Shown here: one piece after another, positions 19,566 to 28,481 of the stretch
Position numbering within the stretch: the first letter of the stretch is position 1
Layout of the letters: every line of letters begins with the position of its first letter
NCBI GenBank assembly: GCA_030583725.1
Contig: CP129472.1
Coordinates: 401,701 to 465,700 of the forward strand
Direction of reading: 5' to 3'
Source of the DNA: a bacterium
GTDB taxonomy: Bacteria; Patescibacteriota; Microgenomatia; UBA8517
Length of the DNA stretch: 64,000 bases
Translations under genes and position numbers: made by a program
The notes under the pieces: model-generated
Database searches by the model: none
The model's input: the letters and a program-made list of their open reading frames with translations, nothing else
What the model was told of the DNA's origin: nothing

Positions 19566-20780
19566 TTAGTAATTTACACTATTTCCAGATGGCAGTGCTT
19601 CTATCCAAATCTTACCTTTAACAAATTTTATTTCTTCGCCATCACTGTCTAATAGCTTTAAGCTATCAACAGCGTTCGTCTTTTCCCAAGTACCCTCTAT
19701 AACATCTCCATTCTGGAAAACCACTGCCTTACCCTCACCGGTTACTGTATACAACATATGACCCTCTTTATCAACAGGTCCTTCTTCTTTGACATAGACG
19801 ATAACAACATTTTTTGCAGACAACTGCTCCCCATTTTCTAAATCTTTATGTGCTTTACCACCATTAAATCTTAAATAGTTGTTTGTACTTTGGTCATATT
19901 TCCACTCAACGTCATAATCAGGTTTATTTTTCCAGAACATAAAGGATATCGAACTATATTTAGGTGAGGAAATCGCCTTTCCTTCAATAAATTGCCAAGG
20001 TGTAAAATTCTTATCCCAAGCATTCCCTTTAGAATCTTTGTAGTTAAACCCTCTTTTCTCAGCTTCTTCATAAATTGCATCAGTGGAGCCAACCTTTTGG
20101 TGTTCTGTTGCAAGACTTAATCTCCTATCGTCTGTAAATAATGCTGGATAACCTGTATTTGTTGCACCATTCATATTATTTCCAAAGCGTCCATTAACCC
20201 AACCTAACTTTTCTAATTGTTTATAGGCGTCAGTTCTTGGATCAATCACACCTTTTTCTTTGACACCTCCAGGACAATTGTTACAAATATTATTGGCCCC
20301 TCCCCAGTGAACAAACAAAGGATTACTACCATATCCTAAAGCATAGTTTGTGAAATAAACCCTAACGCTTCTAATTTGACCAATTGTATAATCATTATCT
20401 GCGACCCCACAGTAAAAAACAGTCAAAAATCTGGTTATCCCACCTTCTGCTACCAACTCATAGACGACATCTGCTCGAGAGAGACCAGATTGTGGCCTTG
20501 ACTCTAGGTGATTTTCAATAATCGCAAGAATTGGACGTTTTTTAGACCAAATTTCTTTTTCTTCCTTTGTATACATCTCACCATTAATTGGACACATTTC
20601 CGTTTTTGGTTTTGAAAGGTCTACACGCGACACCCTACCAGAAGCATCTTTAATAGTTGGGCCTTTTGAATCTTTAACTAAAAATGTAAAGCCCGCAAGA
20701 GATATTCCTGTTGAAACCAAAAATAAACCTATAAAACCTAGAACTAATGTAAAATATTTTGAGTTAACTATTTTATTCAT
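19566..20780 (-). CDS. secreted/lipoprotein-like protein, tentatively DUF3048-like
   Basis: N-terminal TM/signal. A block resembling the RPQSGLSRADVVYE core of DUF3048 proteins (YerB-like). The assignment is from memory only. Confidence 0.35.
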   Translation of the reverse strand: MNKIVNSKYFTLVLGFIGLFLVSTGISLAGFTFLVKDSKGPTIKDASGRVSRVDLSKPKTEMCPINGEMYTKEEKEIWSKKRPILAIIENHLESRPQSGLSRADVVYELVAEGGITRFLTVFYCGVADNDYTIGQIRSVRVYFTNYALGYGSNPLFVHWGGANNICNNCPGGVKEKGVIDPRTDAYKQLEKLGWVNGRFGNNMNGATNTGYPALFTDDRRLSLATEHQKVGSTDAIYEEAEKRGFNYKDSKGNAWDKNFTPWQFIEGKAISSPKYSSISFMFWKNKPDYDVEWKYDQSTNNYLRFNGGKAHKDLENGEQLSAKNVVIVYVKEEGPVDKEGHMLYTVTGEGKAVVFQNGDVIEGTWEKTNAVDSLKLLDSDGEEIKFVKGKIWIEALPSGNSVNY

Positions 20781-20786
20781 ATTAAA

Positions 20787-21203
20787 TTACTTCATTGATA
20801 ATTGTAACGCTTTTTGCTCCTCTTTTGAAAGCTCTATTTTTGCTTTAGCAAGATGGATTTCCTTTATATATGTTCTTGTTCTTTCTCTAGTATGTAAACT
20901 AGTAATAATAATACCATTTTTCTTTCCATCTAAAAGTGCCAAAGAGAAACTATGTTCTCCACCAGCCTCGTCAAATGGGTTGTATTTAACTAAACCAACT
21001 CTCTGGATATTGTTTAAAGATAGCTCTTTAAAATCTTCAAAGTCCTTTTTAAGCTTAACTAACGACTTAGTGTTATCAGAGAAATCTTTATTTTTTGATA
21101 TTTTAATTAAATCTTTAAAAATTATAAGTAGCCAGATTAAAAAGCCAGCTACAAAAACTAGACCAATGATTGCAATTAGACTTAAAGTTAAGTTAATATT
21201 CAT
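20787..21203 (-). CDS. DUF4446-like membrane-anchored protein
   Basis: N-terminal TM. The C-terminal VKYNPFDEAGGEHSFSLALLD..SLHTRERTRTY resembles the DUF4446 core. Confidence 0.4.
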   Translation of the reverse strand: MNINLTLSLIAIIGLVFVAGFLIWLLIIFKDLIKISKNKDFSDNTKSLVKLKKDFEDFKELSLNNIQRVGLVKYNPFDEAGGEHSFSLALLDGKKNGIIITSLHTRERTRTYIKEIHLAKAKIELSKEEQKALQLSMK

Positions 21204-21250
21204 ATTATAAACAAGTTGATATTCGGCATATAAAAGGATAACCTAAACTC

Positions 21251-21487
21251 ATGGCAAAAAAAAGAACAAAAAAACAAAAAATCAGAGCTAGTAATAAGCC
21301 TGTCAATAGCCATTTAGCCTACAGCTTCAATAGCTTGAATTTAAAACAAAGTGACCCTAAAAAATCCATAAAATCGGCAAAATATGACGATTTAGGTTCA
21401 ATTAAAAAAGAGATCAGAAAAAGTATATTTGTAGCTATTCTAATTGTAGCTAGCCTTATGGTGGTATACTGGTTTTCGAAAGCGTAG
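21251..21487 (+). CDS. small basic protein with C-terminal TM (hypothetical)
   Basis: 78 aa, Lys-rich N-terminal half and a hydrophobic C-terminus. Confidence 0.25.
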   Translation: MAKKRTKKQKIRASNKPVNSHLAYSFNSLNLKQSDPKKSIKSAKYDDLGSIKKEIRKSIFVAILIVASLMVVYWFSKA

Positions 21488-21524
21488 CTTCGGTTTCGCT
21501 AAATAGGTTGGAGGTGATTTAAAT

Positions 21525-21662
21525 ATGATGTACTGTGTAAAGTGTAGAACAAAGAGAGAAGGTAAAGACGCACAAGCTGTAACAATGAAGAATGGTAAGA
21601 AAGCAACAAAGGCAGTTTGTGAAGTTTGTGGAACAACGATGTTCAAGATTGGTGGAAACTAA
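21525..21662 (+). CDS. 45-aa zinc-ribbon small protein (not in ORF track)
   Basis: ATG preceded by a strong SD (GGAGGTGA, 8 nt upstream). Encodes MMYCVKCRTKREGKDAQAVTMKNGKKATKAVCEVCGTTMFKIGGN with CxxC...CxxC. Stop TAA at 21660-21662. Confidence 0.5.
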   Translation: MMYCVKCRTKREGKDAQAVTMKNGKKATKAVCEVCGTTMFKIGGN

Positions 21663-22236
21663 TCTCGACAAAGTTATTAAAGCCTTCAAGAGGAACTATC
21701 ACTTAGTGCCTCTTGAAGTGTTTGGTAAAAACCCATACAAAACACTCGTCTCCACATTATTATCTTCAAGGACCAAAGATGAAGTCACGTTAGTTAGATC
21801 CAAAGAACTTTTTAAAGTTGCAGATAGCTTAGAAAAACTAAAAAAGTTAGATGTTAAAACAATAGAAAAACTTATTTACCCTGTAGGTTTTTACAAAACA
21901 AAAGCTAAATACCTAAAGAACTTAAACATTACAAAAGTTCCAAAAACACGTGGGGAACTAATGAAAATTAATGGAGTTGGTAGAAAAACTGCAAATCTAG
22001 TTTTAAACAGAGCTTTTGGTATCCCAGCCATTGCAGTCGACACTCATGTTCATAGAATTTGTAATACCTTAGGTTGGGTAAAAACAAAAACACCAGAACA
22101 GACAGAGATGAAACTTATTAATATAATCCCAAAGAAATATTGGCCTGATTTAAATAGATTGTTTGTCTCCATCGGTCGTCAATTTACAACAAATAAAAAA
22201 TTGATAGCGTTTCTAAGGAAAGAGGGTTTAATTTAA
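21649..22236 (+). CDS. nth: endonuclease III-like HhH-GPD DNA glycosylase lacking the Fe-S cluster cysteines
   Basis: HhH-GPD motif INGVGRKTANLVLNRAFG with the catalytic Lys and the AVDTHV Asp. Likely start TTG 21649 or GTG 21652. The ATG at 21592 would read through the zinc-ribbon ORF in another frame. No C-terminal Cys cluster. Confidence 0.7.
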   Translation: MVETNLDKVIKAFKRNYHLVPLEVFGKNPYKTLVSTLLSSRTKDEVTLVRSKELFKVADSLEKLKKLDVKTIEKLIYPVGFYKTKAKYLKNLNITKVPKTRGELMKINGVGRKTANLVLNRAFGIPAIAVDTHVHRICNTLGWVKTKTPEQTEMKLINIIPKKYWPDLNRLFVSIGRQFTTNKKLIAFLRKEGLI

Positions 22237-22676
22237 TTCTCTAAAACTAGTGTAACTGGACCGTCGAGGACACAATCAATTTTCATATAGTCTCCAAAAC
22301 TACCAGTTGCCACCTTGACATTTTTTTCTTGTAAACTTTCAACAATATATTCATATATTATTTTTGCCTTTAAGGGTTCTTCTGCTTCCATAAACGAAGG
22401 TCTGTTTCCATCTTTTGTGTTTGCATAAAGTGTAAACTGAGAAACCAAAAGTATTTCAGACTTTGTATCTATAACTGACAAATTCATTTTTCCTTCTTCA
22501 TCTGCCATTATTCGAAGTTTAACCATTTTATTTATAATCTCATCAGCCTGTTTTTTAGTATCCCCCTTTTTAATGCCCAAAAGTACAAATAATCCGCTTT
22601 TTATCTCGCCAACTATACTTTTATTCTCCTCCCTTATAACCATAGCTGACTTTACACGCTGTATAACCACTTTCAT
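22233..22676 (-). CDS. dtd: D-aminoacyl-tRNA deacylase
   Basis: MKVVIQRV N-terminus, SQFTL and the C-terminal GPVT characteristic of Dtd. 147 aa. Confidence 0.8.
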   Translation of the reverse strand: MKVVIQRVKSAMVIREENKSIVGEIKSGLFVLLGIKKGDTKKQADEIINKMVKLRIMADEEGKMNLSVIDTKSEILLVSQFTLYANTKDGNRPSFMEAEEPLKAKIIYEYIVESLQEKNVKVATGSFGDYMKIDCVLDGPVTLVLEN

Positions 22677-22699
22677 GGCTATATTGTATCAGAAATGCT

Positions 22700-23012
22700 A
22701 TACTCTAGCCTCTAGAGAGGAGATAATCGCTCCAAAGCAATTTGGAGAGGAAAGTCCAGACAGCAGAAGACAGGGTGTCTAGTGCAAACTAGAGATACGT
22801 TTGAGTAATCAAACGTAGCCAGTTAGAGTAACAGAGACGAGTCTAACTGAAAGGTTAGGGTGAAACGCGACAATCCTCCCCGCTGCAACCTCCGAATTGA
22901 CTTATGGGATGTCTTCCCCACGTAATCGTAAGATTGCAAAGTCTAAAGTATGAGGGCAATAGATAGATGATTATCGAGACACAGAATCTGGCTTACTACT
23001 CTCTAGAGCCGC
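22700..23012 (+). ncRNA. rnpB: RNase P RNA (reduced bacterial type)
   Basis: AGGAAAGUCCAGAC (P4 5' strand), GGGUGAAA, GCAAAGUCUAAAGUAUGAGGG and ACAGAAUCUGGCUUA (P4 3' strand) all occur in order on the + strand. P4 shows compensatory changes (CCAGA / UCUGG). The 5' CUCUAGAGAG pairs with the 3' CUCUCUAGAG as P1. A P3 hairpin CUCCAAA/UUUGGAG is present. Ends are approximate. Confidence 0.7.
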
Positions 23013-23144
23013 AAGGCGATAGTGTGTTAAGTGGCCAAGCTTTGCTTACTACTCTCTAGAGCCAGTGATGGTAATGGAGAGGAGCCAAGTTTACTTACTA
23101 CTCTCTAGAGGAGAGGAGCCAAGTTTACTTACTACTCTCTAGGG
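22990..23144. repeat. four partial copies of the rnpB 3' terminus, including a 34-bp tandem duplication
   Basis: CTTACTACTCTCTAGAG recurs at about 22992, 23046, 23093 and 23127. The unit GAGAGGAGCCAAGTTTACTTACTACTCTCTAG(AG/GG) is tandemly duplicated at 23077-23110 and 23111-23144. Confidence 0.6.
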
Positions 23145-24102
23145 GCCGAAAGGCAATTGTTTGAATTATAATGACTATTGGTATGGAGATAATCATGCCA
23201 ACTATTCCAGCCAATCTATACCCCACCGCCAAAGCAATTAATGTAATAATTGGTGATACTCCTGCAGATTTCTCCATAATCTTTGGTACAAAAATATAGT
23301 TTTCAAGTTGCTGAATTAAAATAGCAAGTCCAACTGAAGCAAAACCTAAAAACGGAGAAATACTAAAACCTAAAATAACCACAGGAATCGCCGCAATAAT
23401 TGGTCCCACAAAGGGAACTATTTCTAAAATACCAGCCAGCAACGCAAGTGGTAACGCGTAAGGTATTCCCAAAATAATAAATCCGATATAACTTAAAACA
23501 CCTATCAATATCATTAGTAAAAGCTGACCTCTTGCCCAACCACCTAGCTTTGATTCAAGTCTATTAATAAAATCTGCTGCATTTTTTGTTTTCTCTTTCC
23601 CAAAAAGAAATTCTAAGTTTGTGTCAAATTTGTCTCTAACTAAAAGTAAATAAAATGCAAAGATGAGTACAGTAAAAATGTTTAAGATATTTCCAAAGAG
23701 AGAAAATCCAGCTTTTACAATCTGACTAGGTACTGACCCTAATTGAGAAACAGTTTGTTTTACCACGTCTTCATTTATATATTTTGCCAACTCTGAACTC
23801 TGAAAGTACTGCGGTAAACCATTGGCCAAATTGGTTGTTTGTTCAATTAATGGTGGGAGTACCGCTCCTATTGTTAAACCAAAAAAACCAAAGATAAGAA
23901 TGTATGAAATAAGTATTGAAACAGGTTTAGGTATTTTATACTTTGAAAGCTTAGTAACAAATGGGCTAAGTATCGAAACCAATATCAAGGCCACAAAAAG
24001 CTGTAGGACTATATCTCTGATATAGTATACAAACCAAATAGAACCTACAAAAATGGCTGTAAAAAATATTGTCTTGTGTGAGATCTCAACTTTTCTCGGC
24101 AT
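23125..24102 (-). CDS. AI-2E family transporter (PerM/UPF0118-like permease)
   Basis: 325 aa with about 8 TM helices and AI-2E family topology. The last five codons and the stop lie inside the rnpB 3' repeat. Confidence 0.55.
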   Translation of the reverse strand: MPRKVEISHKTIFFTAIFVGSIWFVYYIRDIVLQLFVALILVSILSPFVTKLSKYKIPKPVSILISYILIFGFFGLTIGAVLPPLIEQTTNLANGLPQYFQSSELAKYINEDVVKQTVSQLGSVPSQIVKAGFSLFGNILNIFTVLIFAFYLLLVRDKFDTNLEFLFGKEKTKNAADFINRLESKLGGWARGQLLLMILIGVLSYIGFIILGIPYALPLALLAGILEIVPFVGPIIAAIPVVILGFSISPFLGFASVGLAILIQQLENYIFVPKIMEKSAGVSPIITLIALAVGYRLAGIVGMIISIPIVIIIQTIAFRPLESSK

Positions 24103-24105
24103 ATG

Positions 24106-25131
24106 CTAAAGAATACCATTTAAATCGCCCAAGTTCCACTTGCTAACTAAATTTTCTATATTTTCAAGAAAATTTTTATCACTTATATAAAACCAAACAA
24201 TTCTCTTGTCTTTTTTAAACCAAGTTATTTGACGCTTAACATACTTCATTTCATTTCTCTCCCAATTTTCAATAAATTCCTCATAAGTTTGCCCTTCTTT
24301 GAAAAAGGCTTCGGCTTCTTTATATCCTAACGATTTCATTGACTGGTTCTTCCAAGAAACACCCATTTTTAAAAGCGACTCAATCTCATCAATAAAACCC
24401 TCATTTACTCTTTTTTCCACCCGATTCTTTATATTTTTAAACAAATTTTCTTTACTTGATTTTAGTCCAATCATTAAAACTTCGACATCATCATCCAAGA
24501 CCCTGTCTCGTAAATCGACTATCTTTTTTTGTGTTTCATTTTCGATATTCCAAACAGCAACCTCAATAGCCCTAATAAGTCTTCTTGGATTTTTTTTATC
24601 AGACGAGTTTAGCCTTGCTACTTTTAGACTATCAAGAGTTGCTAATTTTTCATATAACTCAGTCAGGCTTAAGTTTCCAAGGTTTTTTCTTAATTCCTCG
24701 TTTTTAGGAATATCTACAGTGGGTATTCCATCAATCAAACTTTTTATATACAAACCTGTGCCCCCCACAATTATTGGTAACTTATCTCTATCCCAAATAT
24801 CAGAAACTACCTGCTTCATTTGGTTAAAGTAGTCGGAAACACTAAATTCATCTTTTGGATCAACTAGGTCATACCCCCAAATTTTTATATTTTTATCCCA
24901 CTCTTTACCTGTACCGATGTCCATATGTTTGTATACTTGTCTAGAATCTGCGGAGACAATCTCGCCATCAAACTTTTTAGCCAACAAAAAACCGAGGTGT
25001 GTTTTACCTGTAGCTGTAGGCCCACAGATAACCAACAATTTTTTGTGAGTTATGACTTTTTGCTCTTTTGAAGTGGTATTAGAACTTTGGTGATAACCAG
25101 ATGTTGTATCTATTGCACCTACTGTATCCAT
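24106..25131 (-). CDS. miaA: tRNA dimethylallyltransferase
   Basis: P-loop ICGPTATGKT and the IVGGTGLYIKSL block. A 30-aa N-terminal extension precedes the conserved core. Confidence 0.8.
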   Translation of the reverse strand: MDTVGAIDTTSGYHQSSNTTSKEQKVITHKKLLVICGPTATGKTHLGFLLAKKFDGEIVSADSRQVYKHMDIGTGKEWDKNIKIWGYDLVDPKDEFSVSDYFNQMKQVVSDIWDRDKLPIIVGGTGLYIKSLIDGIPTVDIPKNEELRKNLGNLSLTELYEKLATLDSLKVARLNSSDKKNPRRLIRAIEVAVWNIENETQKKIVDLRDRVLDDDVEVLMIGLKSSKENLFKNIKNRVEKRVNEGFIDEIESLLKMGVSWKNQSMKSLGYKEAEAFFKEGQTYEEFIENWERNEMKYVKRQITWFKKDKRIVWFYISDKNFLENIENLVSKWNLGDLNGIL

Positions 25132-25133
25132 CT

Positions 25134-25481
25134 TTATAACTTTCTAAGTTTTAAGTAAACCAATATAAGCAACAAAAACAAAATATCCATAGGGTTTCGG
25201 TTATAGACCATAATCCCCACTAAAGGGTTTACTGGCTTTAGTAGAATTAAATCATAACCACCTGGTTGAGTTAATTTTCTATAAAAATAAAATATTCTAA
25301 CTGCGGAACTAACTATAATAATTGTCAACAACAGTATAAAACTTAAGAACAAATTGTAGTTTGTGAAATAATAAACCACAAAAAATATGGCTAGGTGCTC
25401 AATAAATAGTATGGATAATAGTTTGTAATTTATTGTTTTTACAATAACACTTAACCAAATTTTAAAATAGTTTGTGATCAT
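25134..25481 (-). CDS. small membrane protein (hypothetical)
   Basis: 115 aa with 3 hydrophobic helices. Overlaps the upstream ATPase-like gene by 4 nt, suggesting an operon. Confidence 0.3.
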   Translation of the reverse strand: MITNYFKIWLSVIVKTINYKLLSILFIEHLAIFFVVYYFTNYNLFLSFILLLTIIIVSSAVRIFYFYRKLTQPGGYDLILLKPVNPLVGIMVYNRNPMDILFLLLILVYLKLRKL

Positions 25482-26290
25482 TTTTTCATATTATTAATTA
25501 TTTCATCAATTGGTAATTCTTCTATATTTAAGTTTGTAACTGGCAGTTTTTGCAACAATTCTGCTGCCGCAAAAGCTGCAACAGAACGTGGAGCTGATAG
25601 GTAAAGATAGGGAAATACATATTTTTTAACTGTACCAACTTCTTCAACATCTTTTGTATTAATTTCTTCCGACAACTTAATTTTAATTAACTTCTCTTTT
25701 GCAAATTTCTCAATTATTTCATCAATAGGACCGTCAAATATTTGGCGACCTTCATCTACCACAATAACCCTCCTAACCAAGCCTACTAAATCGTCTATCT
25801 TTTCTTCTGCAATTATCACTGTCGCTTGGTTTTTAGAATTATATTCATATATCTGATTCAAATAGTTATTTTGTTCATCTAGAATGACTATTTTTGGTCT
25901 ATATATTAATGAGTCAAGTAATACTGGATCTGCAATATACTTGGTTAAGTCGTTTAGACTTTTGTTGAAATCTCGCATCGTTAATCCATAGACTTCTTTG
26001 GTTATCTCTAATACCTCTATGGGTGTTAAATTATTCAGAAGTGGTTTAACTGTGTTAAATAAAAAAGAAATCTGTTTCAAGAAGTCAGCAGTCTTCAAAA
26101 ATGGATCGTAGTCAAGTACAGACACAAAACCCGACGAGGGCTTTAAAAGCCCAGAAAGAATTTTAAGTATTGTTGTTTTACCAGAATTTTTCGGGCCTAT
26201 AAGACCGACTATTTCACCAGACTGTATTGTAAAAGAGATATCTTTTAAATGGTTCTGGTACGACAAATGATCCACAATTATTACCTTCAT
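25478..26290 (-). CDS. ABC-type ATPase-like protein with degenerate motifs
   Basis: Walker [10 protein letters not shown] and a Walker-B-like IVILDEQ. No LSGGQ signature and no H-loop could be found. Confidence 0.4.
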   Translation of the reverse strand: MKVIIVDHLSYQNHLKDISFTIQSGEIVGLIGPKNSGKTTILKILSGLLKPSSGFVSVLDYDPFLKTADFLKQISFLFNTVKPLLNNLTPIEVLEITKEVYGLTMRDFNKSLNDLTKYIADPVLLDSLIYRPKIVILDEQNNYLNQIYEYNSKNQATVIIAEEKIDDLVGLVRRVIVVDEGRQIFDGPIDEIIEKFAKEKLIKIKLSEEINTKDVEEVGTVKKYVFPYLYLSAPRSVAAFAAAELLQKLPVTNLNIEELPIDEIINNMKK

Positions 26291-26310
26291 TAAGTAGGAT
26301 TATACCACTC

Positions 26311-26586
26311 TTATCTTACAACTTGTCTTTTTAAAGTTTTGCCTGGAGTAAATTTTGGAGCTCTATGTGACTTAATTGTAACCAGTTTATCTGTTTTCGG
26401 TATCTTAACAGTCTTACCCTTCATTGAAATAACTCTAAATGTTCCAAATCCAGAAAGAACAACTTTTTCTCCCTTAGATAACACTCTCCCAATCTCAACC
26501 AAAAAAACATCAACTGCCTCTTCAGCACCTTTTTTAGTTAAATGGGCTTTTCTTGAAACCAACTCAATTATTTCTTTTTTTGTCAT
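26311..26586 (-). CDS. hup: DNA-binding protein HU
   Basis: MTKKEIIELV...GFGTF...RAPKFTPGK shows HU/IHF fold motifs. The ORF track's upstream extension (to 26655) is probably not translated. Confidence 0.8.
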   Translation of the reverse strand: MTKKEIIELVSRKAHLTKKGAEEAVDVFLVEIGRVLSKGEKVVLSGFGTFRVISMKGKTVKIPKTDKLVTIKSHRAPKFTPGKTLKRQVVR

Positions 26587-26617
26587 TTTTAAATTAAATA
26601 GCTTTAAGCCAAATATA

Positions 26618-27781
26618 CTATTTAGCCTTCGTTGTGTCAACAGCACGAACTTCACGTACAGCCGTTACCTTAATTTGACCTGCATACTCTGCCTCTTTCT
26701 CAAGTTTCCTTGCAATATCATGGGCTAGAATGGTTAGTTTATCATCATCTACTTCATTTGGATCAACAAAGACCCTAACATCACGACCTGCCTGGAAGGC
26801 ATAGGCTGTTTCTACACCTTCAAAACCCTTAACAATTTCCTCAATTTTGTCCATTCTTTTAACATATCCTTCGTGAGGTTCGTATCTAGCCCCGGGGCGT
26901 GACCCAGAAGCAGCGTCAGCTATCCAACAAATATAACTTTCAATAGATGAAAATGGCTTGTCTTCGTGATGTTCTGCAATTACATTAACCACCTCTTTAG
27001 CAATACCAAACTTTTTGGCTGTAGCGACACCTACATCAATATGATTTCCCTCTTCGTCAGTTACTACTTTACCTATATCATGAAGCAAACAACCAAGTCT
27101 AACAATGTCAATGTTTGCGCCCAATTCTTGGGCAATTGCAACTCCAATTTTTGTCTCTTCAATTGTGTGGTGTCCCAAATTCTGGCCATATGAAGTTCTA
27201 AATTTAAACTTACCGATAAGCCTCATTAATTCAATTGGTAAGTTATATACACCACATTCTTCAGAAATTTTCTTACCTTCTTCCAATAGAACATCATTTA
27301 AGTCTGCCCTAGTAATCTTTAACACTTCTTCAATTCTTGAAGGCTGAATCCTTGAATCTTTAATTAACACTTCCAATGCTCTCTTTGCAACTTCACGTCT
27401 AATTGAATCAAATGAAGAAATTCTTATTTCGTTAGTATCATCTATAATAATTTCAACACCAGCATCTTTTTCAAATGCCCTAATATTTCTTCCCTCCCCA
27501 CCAATAATTCTACCTTTAACTTCCTCATTTGGAACAATTATTGAAGAAACAGTATATTCTGCCACGAACTTAGTAACGCCATGCTTTAATGCATCAGCCA
27601 ATATTTCTCTTGATTTTTCTGAAGATTCAAGTTTGACTTTCTCTTCAGCCTGTCTAATTTTCTTTGCAATTTCAGAAGATAAATCTCTCTGGACTTCATC
27701 CAACAAAGCCTTCTTTGCTTCGTCTACTGTCATCTTAGAAACTGATTCTAATTTTTTAATGTAATCACTTTGTGTAGCCAT
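26618..27781 (-). CDS. rny: ribonuclease Y (KH + HD), N-terminal TM anchor absent
   Basis: KH domain (IIGGEGRNIRAFEKDAGVEIIIDD) and HD domain (GHHTIEE...LLHDIGK). 387 aa beginning with a coiled-coil region. Confidence 0.75.
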   Translation of the reverse strand: MATQSDYIKKLESVSKMTVDEAKKALLDEVQRDLSSEIAKKIRQAEEKVKLESSEKSREILADALKHGVTKFVAEYTVSSIIVPNEEVKGRIIGGEGRNIRAFEKDAGVEIIIDDTNEIRISSFDSIRREVAKRALEVLIKDSRIQPSRIEEVLKITRADLNDVLLEEGKKISEECGVYNLPIELMRLIGKFKFRTSYGQNLGHHTIEETKIGVAIAQELGANIDIVRLGCLLHDIGKVVTDEEGNHIDVGVATAKKFGIAKEVVNVIAEHHEDKPFSSIESYICWIADAASGSRPGARYEPHEGYVKRMDKIEEIVKGFEGVETAYAFQAGRDVRVFVDPNEVDDDKLTILAHDIARKLEKEAEYAGQIKVTAVREVRAVDTTKAK

Positions 27782-27837
27782 AAATTATCTGGAGGTTATT
27801 TTTCATTATCTTATCTCCTATTAAGTCTATTATATCT

Positions 27838-28467
27838 TTATTCGCTATCTATATCAACATTTATGTCAATACACTTACTTATTACGTCCCAACCAAACCC
27901 TTTGCTGGCAAGGTATTGTGTAATTTTTTGTTTTTTTGTTTTTTTGTCAAATCTTTCCCATTTATATTTTTTACTTTCTATTAAATTTTTTGCAATTTTA
28001 ATTTCATTAATCTCTGAAACCTCCAACAAATCTTTAATTATTTGATTATTTACACCTTTAACTCTTAATTCGTTTGTCAAAACTTTTTTTGATTTTGGAG
28101 AAAAAGACTGTCTTTGATCAATCCACCACTTTGCAAATTCCAAGTCATCTAATAATTTTAATTTTTTTAATTTATTTAAAATGTATAAGTGTATCAATTC
28201 TTCAACTTTTTTTCGTTTCAAATAATCTTTGATCTCTTTTTCAGATCTCGGCCTAATTGTTGCGTAATTTAAAACTTTATTTAATGTTTTTGATCTTTCT
28301 GATTTATCTTTAATTATACTTATTTGCTCATTACTTAATTCTTGATTAACTTTTAAGTTAAATTTAATAAAACCTTCAAGATCTATTCCAAACCCAAATT
28401 TTTCATCAAGAAAAATGTTTACTCGTTTTTTTGATTTTTGTAACTCTATTGAAGTGATAACCTGCAT
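27838..28467 (-). CDS. recX: regulatory protein RecX
   Basis: Located immediately downstream of recA. Has the RecX-like three-helix repeat pattern and a basic composition. Confidence 0.55.
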   Translation of the reverse strand: MQVITSIELQKSKKRVNIFLDEKFGFGIDLEGFIKFNLKVNQELSNEQISIIKDKSERSKTLNKVLNYATIRPRSEKEIKDYLKRKKVEELIHLYILNKLKKLKLLDDLEFAKWWIDQRQSFSPKSKKVLTNELRVKGVNNQIIKDLLEVSEINEIKIAKNLIESKKYKWERFDKKTKKQKITQYLASKGFGWDVISKCIDINVDIDSE

Positions 28468-28481
28468 GGTTATGTCGGGTA

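Noticed and set aside
21592-21660. ORF-track N-terminal extension of the nth-like gene (MVRKQQRQFVKFVEQRCSR)
   Set aside because: It is the out-of-frame reading of the SD-preceded zinc-ribbon ORF 21525-21662. Homology to Nth begins only near 21649.
22990-23144. Possible CRISPR array next to rnpB
   Set aside because: Repeat spacing is irregular (54, 47 and 34 nt). The repeats are copies of the rnpB P1 strand. Partial units and a simple tandem duplication are present, and there are no cas genes.
26587-26655. N-terminal extension of the HU gene
   Set aside because: The HU fold begins at MTKKEII. The upstream 23 codons overlap the rny 3' end.
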